A stretch of 32,000 nucleotides of DNA from Caedibacter taeniospiralis. GTDB taxonomy: Bacteria; Pseudomonadota; Gammaproteobacteria; Francisellales; Francisellaceae. Location of the stretch: positions 210-32,209 of the forward strand of contig NZ_PGGB02000003.1 in NCBI RefSeq assembly GCF_002803295.2. Reading direction: 5' to 3'. Shown piece by piece: positions 7,670 through 18,403 of the stretch (position 1 is its first letter; every line of letters starts with the position of its first letter). The notes below the pieces were generated by a model. It was not told the DNA's origin. It was given only the letters and a program-made list of their open reading frames with translations, and searched no databases. The position numbers and the translations under genes are program-made.

Positions 7670-9142
7670 TCATATCTCAAGCAACATCCTTGAAGGATCT
7701 TCAATCAATTCTTTAATTGTTTTTAGGAACTTCACTGAAACACTCCCATCAATGATCCGATGATCATAGGATAACGCTAAATACATGATGGGGCGAACGA
7801 CGATTTCGCCATTTATGACCACAGGGCGCTCAACGATATTGTGCATGCCTAAAATCGCGCTTTGTGGCGCATTGATAATCGGAGTGGATAACATCGAACC
7901 ATAGGTGCCGCCATTAGTAATAGTAAACGTGCCACCCTGCATTTCCTCAAGTGACAACTTGCCATCACGCGCTTTGATCGCCATTTCGATGATTTCATTT
8001 TCAATTTTGGCAAATGATTTTTGATCAGCATTACGAATCACAGGAACTACCAGACCACGATCTGAACCAACCGCAACACCAATATCAAAAAAGCCATGAT
8101 AAATAACATCGCTACCATCGATTGACGCATTGACTTCAGGAAAACGTTTTAATGCCTCTGTCGCTGCCTTTAGGAAGAAAGACATAAAGCCAAGTTTGGC
8201 ATCGTGTGTCTTTTGAAATAGATCTTTATATTGTTTTCTCAAATCCATGACAGGCTTCATATCGACTTCATTGAAGGTCGTTAAAATGGCATTAGTATGC
8301 TGCACTTCAACTAAACGCTTAGCAATCGTTTGACGCAAGCGTGTCATCCGCACACGCTTTTCAAGACGACCGCCCGCAAAACTCACCGCCTCAACGCTAG
8401 GTGCTGCCACTGCTGTAACTGGCATATTAATCACATCCTGTTTGGTAATACGACCATTTTTACCTGTGCCTTGAACCGTGGTAACATCAATCTCATTGAC
8501 CTTAACCGCACGACGCACAGAAGGGGATAAATGATCATGTGACTGCATAGAGGTTTCTGCACTTCTGGCAGTTGATACGGATTCAGCACTAATGGCACCT
8601 GTAGTCATTTCGGCAACTGCTTCAGCGCTTAGTACCGTATCACCTTCATTTTTAAGTTTTTTGACTAATATACCACTCTTCGAAGCAGGGACTTCCATCA
8701 TGACTTTATCCGTTTCGATTTCAACCAGGGTTTCACCTTCTGTCACTGTATCACCGATATTTTTGTGCCAGGTCGCCACCGTCCCTTCAGCAATCGATTC
8801 TGGAAAAACAGGCGCATTGATAGTCACGCTTTCGGCAACTGATCCAGTCTGTATTTTTGACCCTGTAGTGACGACTTTAGCTGCTGTTTTAGCTGAGAGT
8901 TTCGCTCTACCCTCACCAATTGTACCAATCGTTTCTTGTGATAACACCGTGTCACCTTCATGCTTTTTAATTTCACCCATAATGCCAGCACTCATCGCTG
9001 GAACCTCCATCACGACTTTATCCGTTTCAATTTCGGCTAAAACATCGCCCTCTTCAACAAGATCCCCTGGCTTTTTATACCAGGTCGCTATGGTGCCTTC
9101 TGCAATCGACTCTGGAAAAACAGGAACTTTTATCTCTGTCAT
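7670..9142 (-). CDS. sucB: 2-oxoglutarate dehydrogenase E2 (dihydrolipoamide succinyltransferase) with two lipoyl domains
   Basis: Two lipoyl domains ([11 protein letters not shown]...[13 protein letters not shown] and [11 protein letters not shown]...[13 protein letters not shown]), E3-binding region [15 protein letters not shown], catalytic YDHRIIDG; directly downstream of sucA. Confidence 0.95.
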   Translation of the reverse strand: MTEIKVPVFPESIAEGTIATWYKKPGDLVEEGDVLAEIETDKVVMEVPAMSAGIMGEIKKHEGDTVLSQETIGTIGEGRAKLSAKTAAKVVTTGSKIQTGSVAESVTINAPVFPESIAEGTVATWHKNIGDTVTEGETLVEIETDKVMMEVPASKSGILVKKLKNEGDTVLSAEAVAEMTTGAISAESVSTARSAETSMQSHDHLSPSVRRAVKVNEIDVTTVQGTGKNGRITKQDVINMPVTAVAAPSVEAVSFAGGRLEKRVRMTRLRQTIAKRLVEVQHTNAILTTFNEVDMKPVMDLRKQYKDLFQKTHDAKLGFMSFFLKAATEALKRFPEVNASIDGSDVIYHGFFDIGVAVGSDRGLVVPVIRNADQKSFAKIENEIIEMAIKARDGKLSLEEMQGGTFTITNGGTYGSMLSTPIINAPQSAILGMHNIVERPVVINGEIVVRPIMYLALSYDHRIIDGSVSVKFLKTIKELIEDPSRMLLEI

Positions 9143-9241
9143 TTTCTTACCCTTTTTTACTTTTCTACTTTAAAAATCTACTTGCGCTGCCATATGCCCA
9201 AAAGGCGTATTCAATACGCCCCTACTATGTAAATACACAAC

Positions 9242-12094
9242 CTAATTCAGGTTCAATTTAAGCGCTTCATTAACCAACTCAGTTTGTTGCGCATGAAATA
9301 ATGACGGATAACCTACCGCAGGTGCTGCTGCCGCCTTTCTGCCAACATAGGATAAACTTTGATCTTTATGCAGCACTTTACGCAACTGATGCTGAATCAT
9401 CCACCACGCACCCTGATTTTCTGGCTCTTCCTGTACCCAAACAATGTCTGTGATATGTTCATATTTCGCTAGTACTTTTCCTAAATCCACCTGAGGGAAG
9501 GGATAAAGCTGCTCAAGTCTTATAATCGCAACATCTTTTACCGCCTTGTCTGTCCGCTCAGTCAATAAATCATAATACACTTTACCTGAACACAGAATCA
9601 CGCGAGACACCTCTGAAGGTTTGATATTTTCAACTTCAGCAATGACATTTTGGAACTGACCATCAGCAAGCTCATCGATACTCGAATGGACCAAGGGATG
9701 GCGTAATAAGCTCTTAGGCGACATAACAATCAAGGGTTTTCGATAGGTCCTTAACATCTGTCGGCGCAGCATATGAAATATTTGCGCAGGTGTTGTTGGC
9801 ATACAAACCTGCATATTGTCATGCGCACACAACTGTAAAAATCGCTCAAGCCGTGCTGAAGAATGCTCTGCTCCTTGCCCTTCCTGACCGTGAGGCAAGA
9901 GCATGACAAGACCTGATAAAATACCCCACTTTTCCTCTCCCGCAGCAATAAACTGATCAATCACAACTTGTGCAGTATTAACAAAATCCCCAAACTGCGC
10001 CTCCCACAACACCAGTGTTTTTGGGGATGAGCAACTATAACCATACTCAAAGCCGAGCACGGCATATTCAGATAGTATTGAGTCAATAATATGGCATTGA
10101 GCATTTTGATTAATATGTCGTAACGGTGTGTAATCTAGCAAATTGGCATTACTATGATCGTAATTATGTAATACCGCATGCCGATGAGAAAATGTGCCGC
10201 GCCCAGAATCCTCGCCAGATAAACGTATATTAAAACCTTCCGACAACAGCATCGCATAAGCCAGGTTCTCAGCAAAACCCCAATTGACAGGTATTTTACC
10301 ACTTGCCATTTTAATGCGATCATCCATTGCTTTTCTTACTTGCGGCTGCAAAGCTAACGCTTGCGGCAGATCATTAAGTTTTTGCGCAAGCTCTATAAGT
10401 TTATCCTTGGCAAAACGAGTGTCTACACTTTGATCCCATTTCTGGTTCACGTAAGGACGCCAATCAGCAATACACCTGCTCTTACGTTCATGCTTGCCTA
10501 CGATAATATCCGCAACCACTTTTCCTGCCTGCAACCGATCACGATAAGCCTTTGCCATTTCATCAGCCTGCGCTTTTGTTACAACACCCTCTTTTTCAAG
10601 CTTTTCAGCATAAATAGCGCGCGTTGTTGGCAGCTGTTTGATAACGCTATACATGAGGGGCTGCGTCCCAGACGGTTCATCTGCTTCGTTATGACCCTGC
10701 CTACGGTAGCACACCAAATCAATGACCACATCTTTGTTAAACATCATGCGATAGTCCATCGCAAGACCTGCCACACGTATAACCGCTTCAGGATCATCGC
10801 CATTGACATGAAGCACAGGAGCCTCAACGACTTTAGCAATATCCGTACAATACAAGCTGCTACGGTTATCTTCCTTTTTATCCGTGGTATATCCAATCTG
10901 GTTGTTAATCACAATATGAATCGTACCACCCGTACCGTAGTATCGAGTTTGCGACAACGCAAAGGTTTCCATCACCACGCCTTGACCACAGAAAGCGGAA
11001 TCGCCATGAATCAAAACAGGTACCACTTTACTGTGTGGGTTTTCAGTAAAACAATCCTGTTTGGCTCTAACAGCACCCTCTACCACAGGATCTACGGTTT
11101 CTAAATGAGATGGGTTAAAGGCGAGTGCCAAACGCACTTCCTCTTTTGGCGTTTTATGCCAGGAAGCAAAGCCCAGATGATATTTCACATCCCCCGACAA
11201 GAAACGCTTACTTTGCACCCCCTCAAACTCTTTAAACAAATCTTCAGGGGATTTACCCATAATATTGACAAGGACATTTAAGCGACCTCGATGAGCCATT
11301 CCTAAGCCAATTTCCTCAACAGCAACCTCACCTGCTTTATTGATGATTTCATTTAAAGCGGGAATCATCGACTCTGAACCTTCTAATGAGAAGCGCTTTT
11401 GACCAACGTATTTCATGCCAAGGTACTTCTCCAAGCCTTCAGCTGCCGTTAATCGATCCAACAGCCAGGCTTTGCGCTCATTCGACAAACTGGGAATGGT
11501 TTGTTCAATACGCTGTCTAAACCACAACTTCTCTGCCATATTGCTTAAGTGCATAAACTCATAACCGATACTACCCGCATAAATATGTCTAAGCTGTAGC
11601 AGAATATCTTTTAATGGCATAGCTTTATAGTCAGAGAAAATACCAACATTAAAGCTTTCATTCAAATTGGATGTGTTCAAACCATGAAAATCCAGTTCAA
11701 GCTCAGGCGTTTCTTGTGCTTGCTTGATGCCAAGTGGATCAAGATTTGCAATCTTATGCCCAATACTGCGATACATATACACAAGATCCATCACCGCAGA
11801 GACTTTGTCTCCGCCATCTGGATAACTACCAGAATCTATGACAGCACCTTGCGATCCATATAACGCAAAACGAAATGGATTCTTGCTTAGCGCAATAAAA
11901 TCCTCTCTAACCTCCGCATGTGAGACTTCGTGCTTATTATCACGAATCGCATCAAAATATTGGCGCCAGCTACCATCAACAGCATTTGGATCTTTTAGGT
12001 AATCTTCATAGATGGCATCTAAGTATGCGCTGCTACTGCCCGATAACTGCGAACTCTGCCACCAGGAGACCATTGATTCGTGGGTTTCACTCAT
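9242..12094 (-). CDS. sucA: 2-oxoglutarate dehydrogenase E1
   Basis: 950 aa; LGMAHRGRLNVLVNIMGK, FHLGF-type FASWHKTP, NNQIGYTT, QFGDFVNTAQVVIDQFIAAGEEKWG, HGQEGQGAEHSSARLERFLQL. Confidence 0.98.
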   Translation of the reverse strand: MSETHESMVSWWQSSQLSGSSSAYLDAIYEDYLKDPNAVDGSWRQYFDAIRDNKHEVSHAEVREDFIALSKNPFRFALYGSQGAVIDSGSYPDGGDKVSAVMDLVYMYRSIGHKIANLDPLGIKQAQETPELELDFHGLNTSNLNESFNVGIFSDYKAMPLKDILLQLRHIYAGSIGYEFMHLSNMAEKLWFRQRIEQTIPSLSNERKAWLLDRLTAAEGLEKYLGMKYVGQKRFSLEGSESMIPALNEIINKAGEVAVEEIGLGMAHRGRLNVLVNIMGKSPEDLFKEFEGVQSKRFLSGDVKYHLGFASWHKTPKEEVRLALAFNPSHLETVDPVVEGAVRAKQDCFTENPHSKVVPVLIHGDSAFCGQGVVMETFALSQTRYYGTGGTIHIVINNQIGYTTDKKEDNRSSLYCTDIAKVVEAPVLHVNGDDPEAVIRVAGLAMDYRMMFNKDVVIDLVCYRRQGHNEADEPSGTQPLMYSVIKQLPTTRAIYAEKLEKEGVVTKAQADEMAKAYRDRLQAGKVVADIIVGKHERKSRCIADWRPYVNQKWDQSVDTRFAKDKLIELAQKLNDLPQALALQPQVRKAMDDRIKMASGKIPVNWGFAENLAYAMLLSEGFNIRLSGEDSGRGTFSHRHAVLHNYDHSNANLLDYTPLRHINQNAQCHIIDSILSEYAVLGFEYGYSCSSPKTLVLWEAQFGDFVNTAQVVIDQFIAAGEEKWGILSGLVMLLPHGQEGQGAEHSSARLERFLQLCAHDNMQVCMPTTPAQIFHMLRRQMLRTYRKPLIVMSPKSLLRHPLVHSSIDELADGQFQNVIAEVENIKPSEVSRVILCSGKVYYDLLTERTDKAVKDVAIIRLEQLYPFPQVDLGKVLAKYEHITDIVWVQEEPENQGAWWMIQHQLRKVLHKDQSLSYVGRKAAAAPAVGYPSLFHAQQTELVNEALKLNLN

Positions 12095-12114
12095 AGTATT
12101 ACTCTTGTTCTTAA

Positions 12115-12819
12115 TTACACGTTATTCTTTAGCATCATTGATCTTAATTTTCCAATCGCCTTTGTCGGGTTGAGCCCCTTGGGACAAACGCTCACACAGT
12201 TCATGATCGTACGACATCTAAAGACGCTAAATGGATCTTGTAAAGCGTCAAGACGCTCTTGGGTCGCGCCATCCCGCGAGTCAATCACAAAACGATATGC
12301 CTGCAAAAGACCAGATGGACCAATGAACTTCTCTGGATTCCACCAGAATGACGGGCATGAAGTTGTGCAACAGGCACATAATATGCACTCATAAAGTCCA
12401 TCTAACTTCGCGCGCTCCTCAGGGGACTGCAAACGCTCCTTGACAGGCGTATCACCTTCAGCTGGAATTAAATAAGGCTTAACCTTTTCATAATTTTTAT
12501 AGAACTGACTCATATCCACTACTAAATCACGAATTACTGGCAATCCAGGTAAGGGCTGTAATTTAATGGGTTGAGACAACTCGCCAATAGAAGTAATACA
12601 CGCCAGGCGATTTTTACCATTGATATTCATGCCATCGGAACCACAAACCCCCTCGCGACATGAACGGCGCACTGCTAAGCTTGGATCCTGATTTTTAATA
12701 AGCTCAATTGCAGTTAATACCTTAGTCCCTTCATTTTCCACCGTGACGGTATAGTCCTGATAGTAGGGCTTGCTATCCACTTCGGGATTATAGCGATAAA
12801 CTTTAAACTTGACTTCCAC
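12115..12819 (-). CDS. sdhB: Succinate dehydrogenase iron-sulfur subunit
   Basis: CREGVCGSDGMNINGKNRLAC, YECILCACCTTSCPSFWW, CRTIMNCVSVCPKGLNPTKAIG. Confidence 0.98.
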   Translation of the reverse strand: MEVKFKVYRYNPEVDSKPYYQDYTVTVENEGTKVLTAIELIKNQDPSLAVRRSCREGVCGSDGMNINGKNRLACITSIGELSQPIKLQPLPGLPVIRDLVVDMSQFYKNYEKVKPYLIPAEGDTPVKERLQSPEERAKLDGLYECILCACCTTSCPSFWWNPEKFIGPSGLLQAYRFVIDSRDGATQERLDALQDPFSVFRCRTIMNCVSVCPKGLNPTKAIGKLRSMMLKNNV

Positions 12820-12829
12820 CGTTATCTCC

Positions 12830-14623
12830 TTAGTAGCTTCTTACTTTTGGTTGAAATGGTTCTAATTTTAATGGCTTCATATTGACTTCGCGCGTCGAGA
12901 ACCTGTCACCATCAAGGAAATATAAACTGTGTTTCAGCCAGTTCTGATCATCGCGCTCAGGATAGTCCTCACGCGAATGTGCGCCACGCGATTCTTTACG
13001 ATTAAGCGCCAAAACGGCTGTTGCTATGGCGGTTTCCATTAAGTTATCTAACTCAAGCGCCTCGACTCTGGCAGTGTTATAAACCTGTGTATGGTCAGTC
13101 AATGATGCTTTTTGTACACGTGCGCGTAAGGATTTTAGGCGCTCTAAACCATCCTGCATCTGCTGTTCGGTTCTAAAGACTGAGAAATCAATCTGCATTG
13201 CCTTTTGTAATTCGGCACGTAATTGGGCAACACCTTCGCCAGCTTTGTTACTTTCCCAACGGTTATAGCGCGCCATCGCATCATTCAAGGCTTTTTCTGT
13301 TACTTCACGCTGCTGTATGCCAGCACGTAAAACCTCTTCAGCGTGCATGCCCGCAGCACGTCCAAATACGACCAAGTCCAATAATGAGTTTGATCCTAAA
13401 CGGTTTGCCCCATGCACAGAAACACTGGCGCACTCACCCACTGCATACAGTCCCTCAATTACGACGTCTTCTCCCTTGTCGTTTTGCGTTAGCGCCTGAG
13501 CGTATTTGTTCGTTGGAATTCCTCCCATCATATAGTGACAGGTAGGCACCACTGGGATAGGAGCTTTTAATGGATCAACACCTGCAAAGGTCATGGCTAG
13601 TTCACGAATCCCTGGCAAACGCTCCTTGATTACACTTTCATCTAAATGGGTTAAATCCAGATTGACACAATCAACACCTGCAAATTTTAATCCTCTCCCC
13701 TCGTTAATCTCTTGTTGCGACGCTCGCGATACCACGTCACGTGATGCCAGATCTTTGGCATTTGGTGCGTAGCGCTCCATGAAGCGCTCACCGTTTTTAT
13801 TGCGTAAAATACCTCCTTCGCCGCGACATCCTTCAGTAACGAGAACCCCAGCACCCGCGATTCCCGTTGGGTGAAATTGCCAAAACTCCATATCCTGTAG
13901 TGGGAAGCCAGCTCTAAGCGCCATGCCAATGCCATCTCCTGTATTGATATGCGCATTGGTGCTTGACTCATAAATGCGCCCAGCTCCCCCTGTTGCTAAA
14001 ATAGTGACTTTTGACTGGAAGAACACAATCTCCCCTGTTTCCATGTTCATCGCCAACACTCCAGCAATCGCATCCTCGGAGGCTTTTACCAAATCTAAGG
14101 CATACCACTCATTAAAAAATTTCGTTTGATTTTTTAAGTTACCTTGATAAAGGGTGTGTAGCAACGCATGCCCTGTCCTATCGGAAGCCGCACAGGTTCG
14201 GTTAGCAATATTTCCCACATCGTAATTCCGCGACATACCACCAAAAGCACGCTGATAAATTTTACCGTTTTCCAAACGTGAAAAAGGCATGCCCATGTGT
14301 TCCAACTCAATAATCGCCTGCGGTGCATTTTCGCACATAAACTCGATAGCCTCTTGATCGCCAATATAATCAGACCCTTTGACCGTGTCATAAGTATGCC
14401 ATTTCCAATCATCTGAGGGTAAGCCATCGTCATGTTCAACATTGCCAAGGGCTGCGGCAATCCCCCCTTGCGCTGAAACCGTATGTGAGCGTGTGGGGAA
14501 AACCTTAGAAATCGCTGCGGTTTTAAACCCCGATTGCGCAAGCTGAAATGCTGCTTGCATTCCTGCTCCTCCTGCTCCAACGACAATGGCATCAAATTGT
14601 TGTACTGCAATTCTCATTATCAA
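12830..14623 (-). CDS. sdhA: Succinate dehydrogenase flavoprotein subunit
   Basis: [81 protein letters not shown]. Confidence 0.98.
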   Translation of the reverse strand: MIMRIAVQQFDAIVVGAGGAGMQAAFQLAQSGFKTAAISKVFPTRSHTVSAQGGIAAALGNVEHDDGLPSDDWKWHTYDTVKGSDYIGDQEAIEFMCENAPQAIIELEHMGMPFSRLENGKIYQRAFGGMSRNYDVGNIANRTCAASDRTGHALLHTLYQGNLKNQTKFFNEWYALDLVKASEDAIAGVLAMNMETGEIVFFQSKVTILATGGAGRIYESSTNAHINTGDGIGMALRAGFPLQDMEFWQFHPTGIAGAGVLVTEGCRGEGGILRNKNGERFMERYAPNAKDLASRDVVSRASQQEINEGRGLKFAGVDCVNLDLTHLDESVIKERLPGIRELAMTFAGVDPLKAPIPVVPTCHYMMGGIPTNKYAQALTQNDKGEDVVIEGLYAVGECASVSVHGANRLGSNSLLDLVVFGRAAGMHAEEVLRAGIQQREVTEKALNDAMARYNRWESNKAGEGVAQLRAELQKAMQIDFSVFRTEQQMQDGLERLKSLRARVQKASLTDHTQVYNTARVEALELDNLMETAIATAVLALNRKESRGAHSREDYPERDDQNWLKHSLYFLDGDRFSTREVNMKPLKLEPFQPKVRSY

Positions 14624-14629
14624 CGCCCC

Positions 14630-14977
14630 TTAAAACAAAATGCAAATAAGCCAAATAAAACAAGTCAAGTAACCGACAATCGCCGCCACCTGCAAAACAC
14701 CACGGATACATGCACACTTCACATAATCGGTAAAAATAGTCCACATACCAATCCACGCGTGTGCCATCAATGACAAAAATGCCAAAAGGGTAAAAATTTT
14801 CACCCCTGTATTTTGGAATATTCCTAGCCACGCGTGATATGAGCCATCACCTGATAAACATAAAATAACGATCACCGCAAAAATCGCATATAGCATAATA
14901 ATAATTGCGCTAATACGCTGTAAGAACCAGTCTTTCAATCCCGAACGGGTGCAAGAAGTTACATTACCCATATCCAA
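14630..14977 (-). CDS. sdhD: Succinate dehydrogenase membrane anchor subunit D
   Basis: Hydrophobic 115 aa; GLKDWFLQRISAIIIMLYAI, SLMAHAWIGMWTIFTDYVK; position between sdhC and sdhA. Confidence 0.9.
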   Translation of the reverse strand: MDMGNVTSCTRSGLKDWFLQRISAIIIMLYAIFAVIVILCLSGDGSYHAWLGIFQNTGVKIFTLLAFLSLMAHAWIGMWTIFTDYVKCACIRGVLQVAAIVGYLTCFIWLICILF

Positions 14978-15363
14978 AGCCCCCAGAAAATAGTTACCAA
15001 TACACCAAGCACTAAAACTGCAATCGAAGAAGCTTTAGCTACACACATTTCTTCGCCAAAACCTAAATCCATGATCAGGTGGCGCACTCCCGCAATCACG
15101 TGATATGAGACTGCTGAGAGAAATATCCATACAATAACGCTCCATGGCGAATGGATGAGTAAACCCTGCACATAGTAAAAGTCTTCGCTACAGCGCATGG
15201 ATAAACTAAATCCCCATAACAAAAATGGCAATAAAAGCACCATCAAAACCCCTGTAATGCGGTGAATAATCGAACTTATTGCTGTGATAGGGAAAGAATA
15301 GGATTTTATTGAGCCAAGTCCTATATTCCGTGGTCCTTGATTTTTCATTTTTTTCTCCTGCAT
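14959..15363 (-). CDS. sdhC: Succinate dehydrogenase cytochrome b556 subunit C
   Basis: YSFPITAISSIIHRITGVLM, YHVIAGVRHLIMDLG; typical SdhC motifs. Confidence 0.94.
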   Translation of the reverse strand: MQEKKMKNQGPRNIGLGSIKSYSFPITAISSIIHRITGVLMVLLLPFLLWGFSLSMRCSEDFYYVQGLLIHSPWSVIVWIFLSAVSYHVIAGVRHLIMDLGFGEEMCVAKASSIAVLVLGVLVTIFWGLWIWVM

Positions 15364-15464
15364 ATCAAGAAAACTAAGTGGTTAGCACAAAATTTCCCGT
15401 ATTCTAACATAAATAAATTGAAGCGCTACAGCGAAGAAGCAAGCAAACAGGATTATGATAACAA

Positions 15465-15905
15465 TCACTCGATTTTACGCACATGAATCTGATAACCCTG
15501 GTGCTGCAATTGCTTGTACTGGACTCGCGACGCATTTAATTTTTTGGGTTCTTGATCGACTATTTTTACTAACGCCTGAGCCCCTTTAAAATGACAGCTC
15601 ATATCCTCAGATAAATCTACCACCACGTCTTTTTCTGTACTGTCTAGAAATCCTATTTCACTAGCGAGCACCACGGGTAAACGAGCATATTCCAACTCGG
15701 TTTCATTGGTAATATAAAAATGAGGGATAAAAATATCGCTTTGATCAAACCATAAAAGCTGATCCAGTTTTTGGCACAATTCTCTGTCTGCATAAACAAC
15801 AACCGATCTATCAGTTTCATAATATGCCTTGATCTGTTGCACTGTAAACTGAAGATACGCTGCCTCGGTTTGACCTGGTAAGATAAAAAACTCGACATTC
15901 ACCAC
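15465..15905 (-). CDS. holC: DNA polymerase III chi subunit-like
   Basis: VEFFILPGQTEAAYLQF..., LDQLLWFDQSDIFIPHF, ending in the chi-like C-terminal region; motif-level similarity only. Confidence 0.65.
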   Translation of the reverse strand: MVNVEFFILPGQTEAAYLQFTVQQIKAYYETDRSVVVYADRELCQKLDQLLWFDQSDIFIPHFYITNETELEYARLPVVLASEIGFLDSTEKDVVVDLSEDMSCHFKGAQALVKIVDQEPKKLNASRVQYKQLQHQGYQIHVRKIE

Positions 15906-15908
15906 TGA

Positions 15909-16244
15909 CTAAGCCTTCTTCACGAACTCCGATTTAAGCTTCATGGCGCCAATTCCATCGATTTTGCAATCGATATCATGATCACCCTCAACCAGACGAA
16001 TATTTTTTACCTTGGTACCCACTTTGACTACCAAAGATGAGCCCTTGACTTTCAGGTCTTTAATTACCGTAATTGTATCACCATCCTGCAATGGCGTACC
16101 ATAGGCGTCTGTTTTGGTCACCTGGATCTCCACCTCCGCGTCACTTACACTCCACTCGTAAGCGCATTCAGGACAGATCAGCATCTCGCCATCCTGGTAA
16201 ACATACTCGCTTTGGCACTGTGGGCAATTAGGTAATTGTGTCAT
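15909..16244 (-). CDS. yjdM: PhnA/YjdM family zinc-ribbon protein
   Basis: [90 protein letters not shown]. Confidence 0.93.
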   Translation of the reverse strand: MTQLPNCPQCQSEYVYQDGEMLICPECAYEWSVSDAEVEIQVTKTDAYGTPLQDGDTITVIKDLKVKGSSLVVKVGTKVKNIRLVEGDHDIDCKIDGIGAMKLKSEFVKKA

Positions 16245-16266
16245 TTATTTTCCTTAAAAAATAAAA

Positions 16267-16289
16267 AGCCCTTTCAGCTCTAAAGGGCT
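16267..16289 (-). terminator. Rho-independent terminator-like hairpin
   Basis: AGCCCTTT-cagctct-AAAGGGCT followed on the minus strand by TTTTTATTTTTT; lies between the 16429..16866 gene and yjdM. Confidence 0.7.
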
Positions 16290-16428
16290 TTAGTGTTATT
16301 AAGCTGTGTCGGGGCAGTGTAACAAATAATCCATAAGGCAGAAACCTATACCTGCGCACCCTCTGCAATAATCTTTAGGTCTACTCCCAACGGTAAATAC
16401 CGAAAAGCTAAATAAAATTTAAGGCACT

Positions 16429-16866
16429 TTAGGTATCCGACAAACTTTCGTTAAATTCAAAAAAGCTTTCAAGAACCATTTGATGGAGTAAATCGTCACA
16501 CTCCTCATTGTAGTAATGCGCAAGCTTATCAAGACTCTGTTGATAGTACTCTTCAGATCTTGCCAAGTTACTAATCTCAAACTTCTCCATAAGTTCCAGA
16601 TAAACCTGCAGGCGAATAAGCGCCTCATCTGCAGATGCCGTGGTAAAAAACACGGGAGCTTCATCGTCATCCGCTTCACCTGCAATAATAGACACCGCAT
16701 ACAAGGAAGATTTCTCAGCCTGTGTGATAATTTGAAAGTCAACGGTAAAACTCCAATCTAAACGTTCACCTAACTGATCCGCCATATCATCAATCATGCG
16801 CATTTTCTCACGCACACTTTGGTTTAATTCATAATAAGTCTCAATATTTTCACTCACTTCAAACAT
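16429..16866 (-). CDS. Hypothetical acidic protein
   Basis: 145 aa ORF immediately downstream of purK (12 bp gap); longest ORF in the gap; no recognised motif. Confidence 0.6.
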   Translation of the reverse strand: MFEVSENIETYYELNQSVREKMRMIDDMADQLGERLDWSFTVDFQIITQAEKSSLYAVSIIAGEADDDEAPVFFTTASADEALIRLQVYLELMEKFEISNLARSEEYYQQSLDKLAHYYNEECDDLLHQMVLESFFEFNESLSDT

Positions 16867-16878
16867 CTTCTTTATTCC

Positions 16879-17964
16879 CTAGAATTCCTCTAAACATGGC
16901 TTGGCTTTAAGATTTTGGTAGATTATATTGATACTTTCCACAAATGTCTCTAATTCATTATCTACGATGTTGACATGCCCCATTTTTCGCCCAGGACGTA
17001 ACTCCTTGCCGTAGCTTTTGACAAAAACATTTTCGGGTAACTCAACCGCAGGAACATTTTCTCCAATCAGGTTAATCATCATCATGTGACGCGCATTTGC
17101 ATGAGGTTCAACAACTCGCGCCCCACTAATGGCTAACATATGATTTCGAAACTGGCTCACATTCGCGCCATCAATCGACCAATGCCCTGAGTTGTGCACG
17201 CGCGGTGCCATTTCATTGGCATATAGAACATTGCCCTTAACAAAAAATTCAACCGCAAACGTACCGACATAATCAAAATGCATCATCAAACGCCTGACAG
17301 ACTCCCGTGCTGAAAACGTAAGCTCATCTTCTTCGTGTAAAACGTGCGTCTCGCGCAATATTCCCTCGCGATGCTCGTTACGCACCAAAGGATAAAAGGC
17401 AATATTGCCAAACTGATCAGCTGAAGCAACTTGTGAAACTTCATAGTCAAACGCCACAAAACTCTCGGCTATTAAAAGATATTGCCCAAGCAAATCCCAT
17501 GCTTTAGATAAAGATTCAGGTGCTTTGACGATATACTGCCCTTTACCATCATAGCCAAAGCGCCTTGTTTTCACGATAAAGGGGTAGCCAAGACTCACTG
17601 CAGCCTCACGCAAATCAGCCCATGAGTTCACCGCTAGAAAAGTATTGGTTTCAATCTCTAACTGCTTAAAAGTAGTTTTTTCCAATAGACGATCTTGAGC
17701 GACCTTTAATCCATCAATGGCAGGAAATATGCGCGTTTCTTCGTTCACGGTCTGAAGGAGTTCAACAGAAATATTTTCAATCTCATAGGTCACGACATCA
17801 TAATCTTTAAGTCTTTGCTGCCAAAGAGAAATTTCTGCCGCGGTGCTTTGCCCATTTGCGTCTATTTCAGGTAGCGGATAAGCATCAATTTCCAATGCCA
17901 GATCACTAACGCTTTCTATCAGCATTTGCGCCAGCTGACCGTTTCCTAGTATTGCGATTTTCAT
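16879..17964 (-). CDS. purK: N5-carboxyaminoimidazole ribonucleotide synthase (ATP-grasp)
   Basis: MKIAILGNGQLAQMLIES, GYPFIVKTRRFGYDGKGQYIV, FVKGNVLYANEMAPRVHNSGHWSIDG, SQFRNHMLAI. Confidence 0.96.
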   Translation of the reverse strand: MKIAILGNGQLAQMLIESVSDLALEIDAYPLPEIDANGQSTAAEISLWQQRLKDYDVVTYEIENISVELLQTVNEETRIFPAIDGLKVAQDRLLEKTTFKQLEIETNTFLAVNSWADLREAAVSLGYPFIVKTRRFGYDGKGQYIVKAPESLSKAWDLLGQYLLIAESFVAFDYEVSQVASADQFGNIAFYPLVRNEHREGILRETHVLHEEDELTFSARESVRRLMMHFDYVGTFAVEFFVKGNVLYANEMAPRVHNSGHWSIDGANVSQFRNHMLAISGARVVEPHANARHMMMINLIGENVPAVELPENVFVKSYGKELRPGRKMGHVNIVDNELETFVESINIIYQNLKAKPCLEEF

Positions 17965-18006
17965 TGTGTATTATCCTAATTTATTTCATAAAGTTATGAT
18001 GCGAAC

Positions 18007-18058
18007 ACCTCTCCCCTTGTGGGAGAGGTCGCATTGCTGTGCAATGCGGGTGAGGGGG
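18007..18058 (+). repeat. Two-hairpin repeat, left copy
   Basis: ACCTCTCCC-cttgt-GGGAGAGGT C GCATTGC-tgt-GCAATGC GGGTGAGGGGG. Confidence 0.9.
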
Positions 18059-18064
18059 TATATG

Positions 18065-18403
18065 TCATTGCTGTAACGCTTGATAAATATGTGCCAATAC
18101 ATTTTCTGTCTCTTTTAGTATGTCATGATTCCAAAAGCGTAAGACTCGATACCCTTGACCATGGAGGTACATTGATCTTGAATCATCATATTTTTTCTTC
18201 TCAGCTTCATTGTGTTGAGCACCATCACATTCAATAATCAACCTTTTTTCAAAACAAATAAAGTCAACAATATACAATCCAATAACCACCTGACGCCTAA
18301 ACTTATATCCCGACAAATGTAGATTCCTAAGGTAATACCACAATGTAGCCTCGGCATTGGTTTGTGAAGTTTTCAACTGCTTTTGAAAAACTTTAATATT
18401 CAT
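18065..18403 (-). CDS. DUF559 family (Vsr/endonuclease-like) protein
   Basis: LKTSQTNAEATLWYYLRN...GYKFRRQVVIGLYIVDFICFEKRLIIECDGAQHNEAEKKKYDDSRSMYLHGQGYRVLRFWNHDIL. Start set to ATG 18403; ORF frame runs back into the repeat to 18442. Confidence 0.9.
   Translation of the reverse strand: MNIKVFQKQLKTSQTNAEATLWYYLRNLHLSGYKFRRQVVIGLYIVDFICFEKRLIIECDGAQHNEAEKKKYDDSRSMYLHGQGYRVLRFWNHDILKETENVLAHIYQALQQ

Noticed and set aside
8592-9173. 193-aa plus-strand ORF opposite sucB
   Set aside because: Entirely antisense to the two lipoyl domains; low-complexity Ser/Val/Thr composition mirrors the sense codons. Shadow ORF.
10361-11104. 247-aa plus-strand ORF opposite sucA
   Set aside because: Antisense to conserved E1 sequence with no recognisable motif; shadow ORF.
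14134-14610. 158-aa minus-strand ORF overlapping sdhA in another frame
   Set aside because: Same strand, alternate frame inside a strongly conserved gene; no motif.
7670-15363. Absence of sucCD after sdhCDAB-sucAB
   Set aside because: The succinyl-CoA synthetase genes are often elsewhere in gammaproteobacteria; not unusual by itself.
16419-16742. Plus/minus alternate-frame ORFs over the hypothetical gene 16429..16866
   Set aside because: The 145-aa frame is longer, abuts purK as an operon partner and has a natural acidic composition; the others look like shadows.
18019-18237. Plus-strand 72-aa ORF over the left repeat and DUF559 gene
   Set aside because: Reads through hairpin repeat and antisense to the DUF559 coding sequence.
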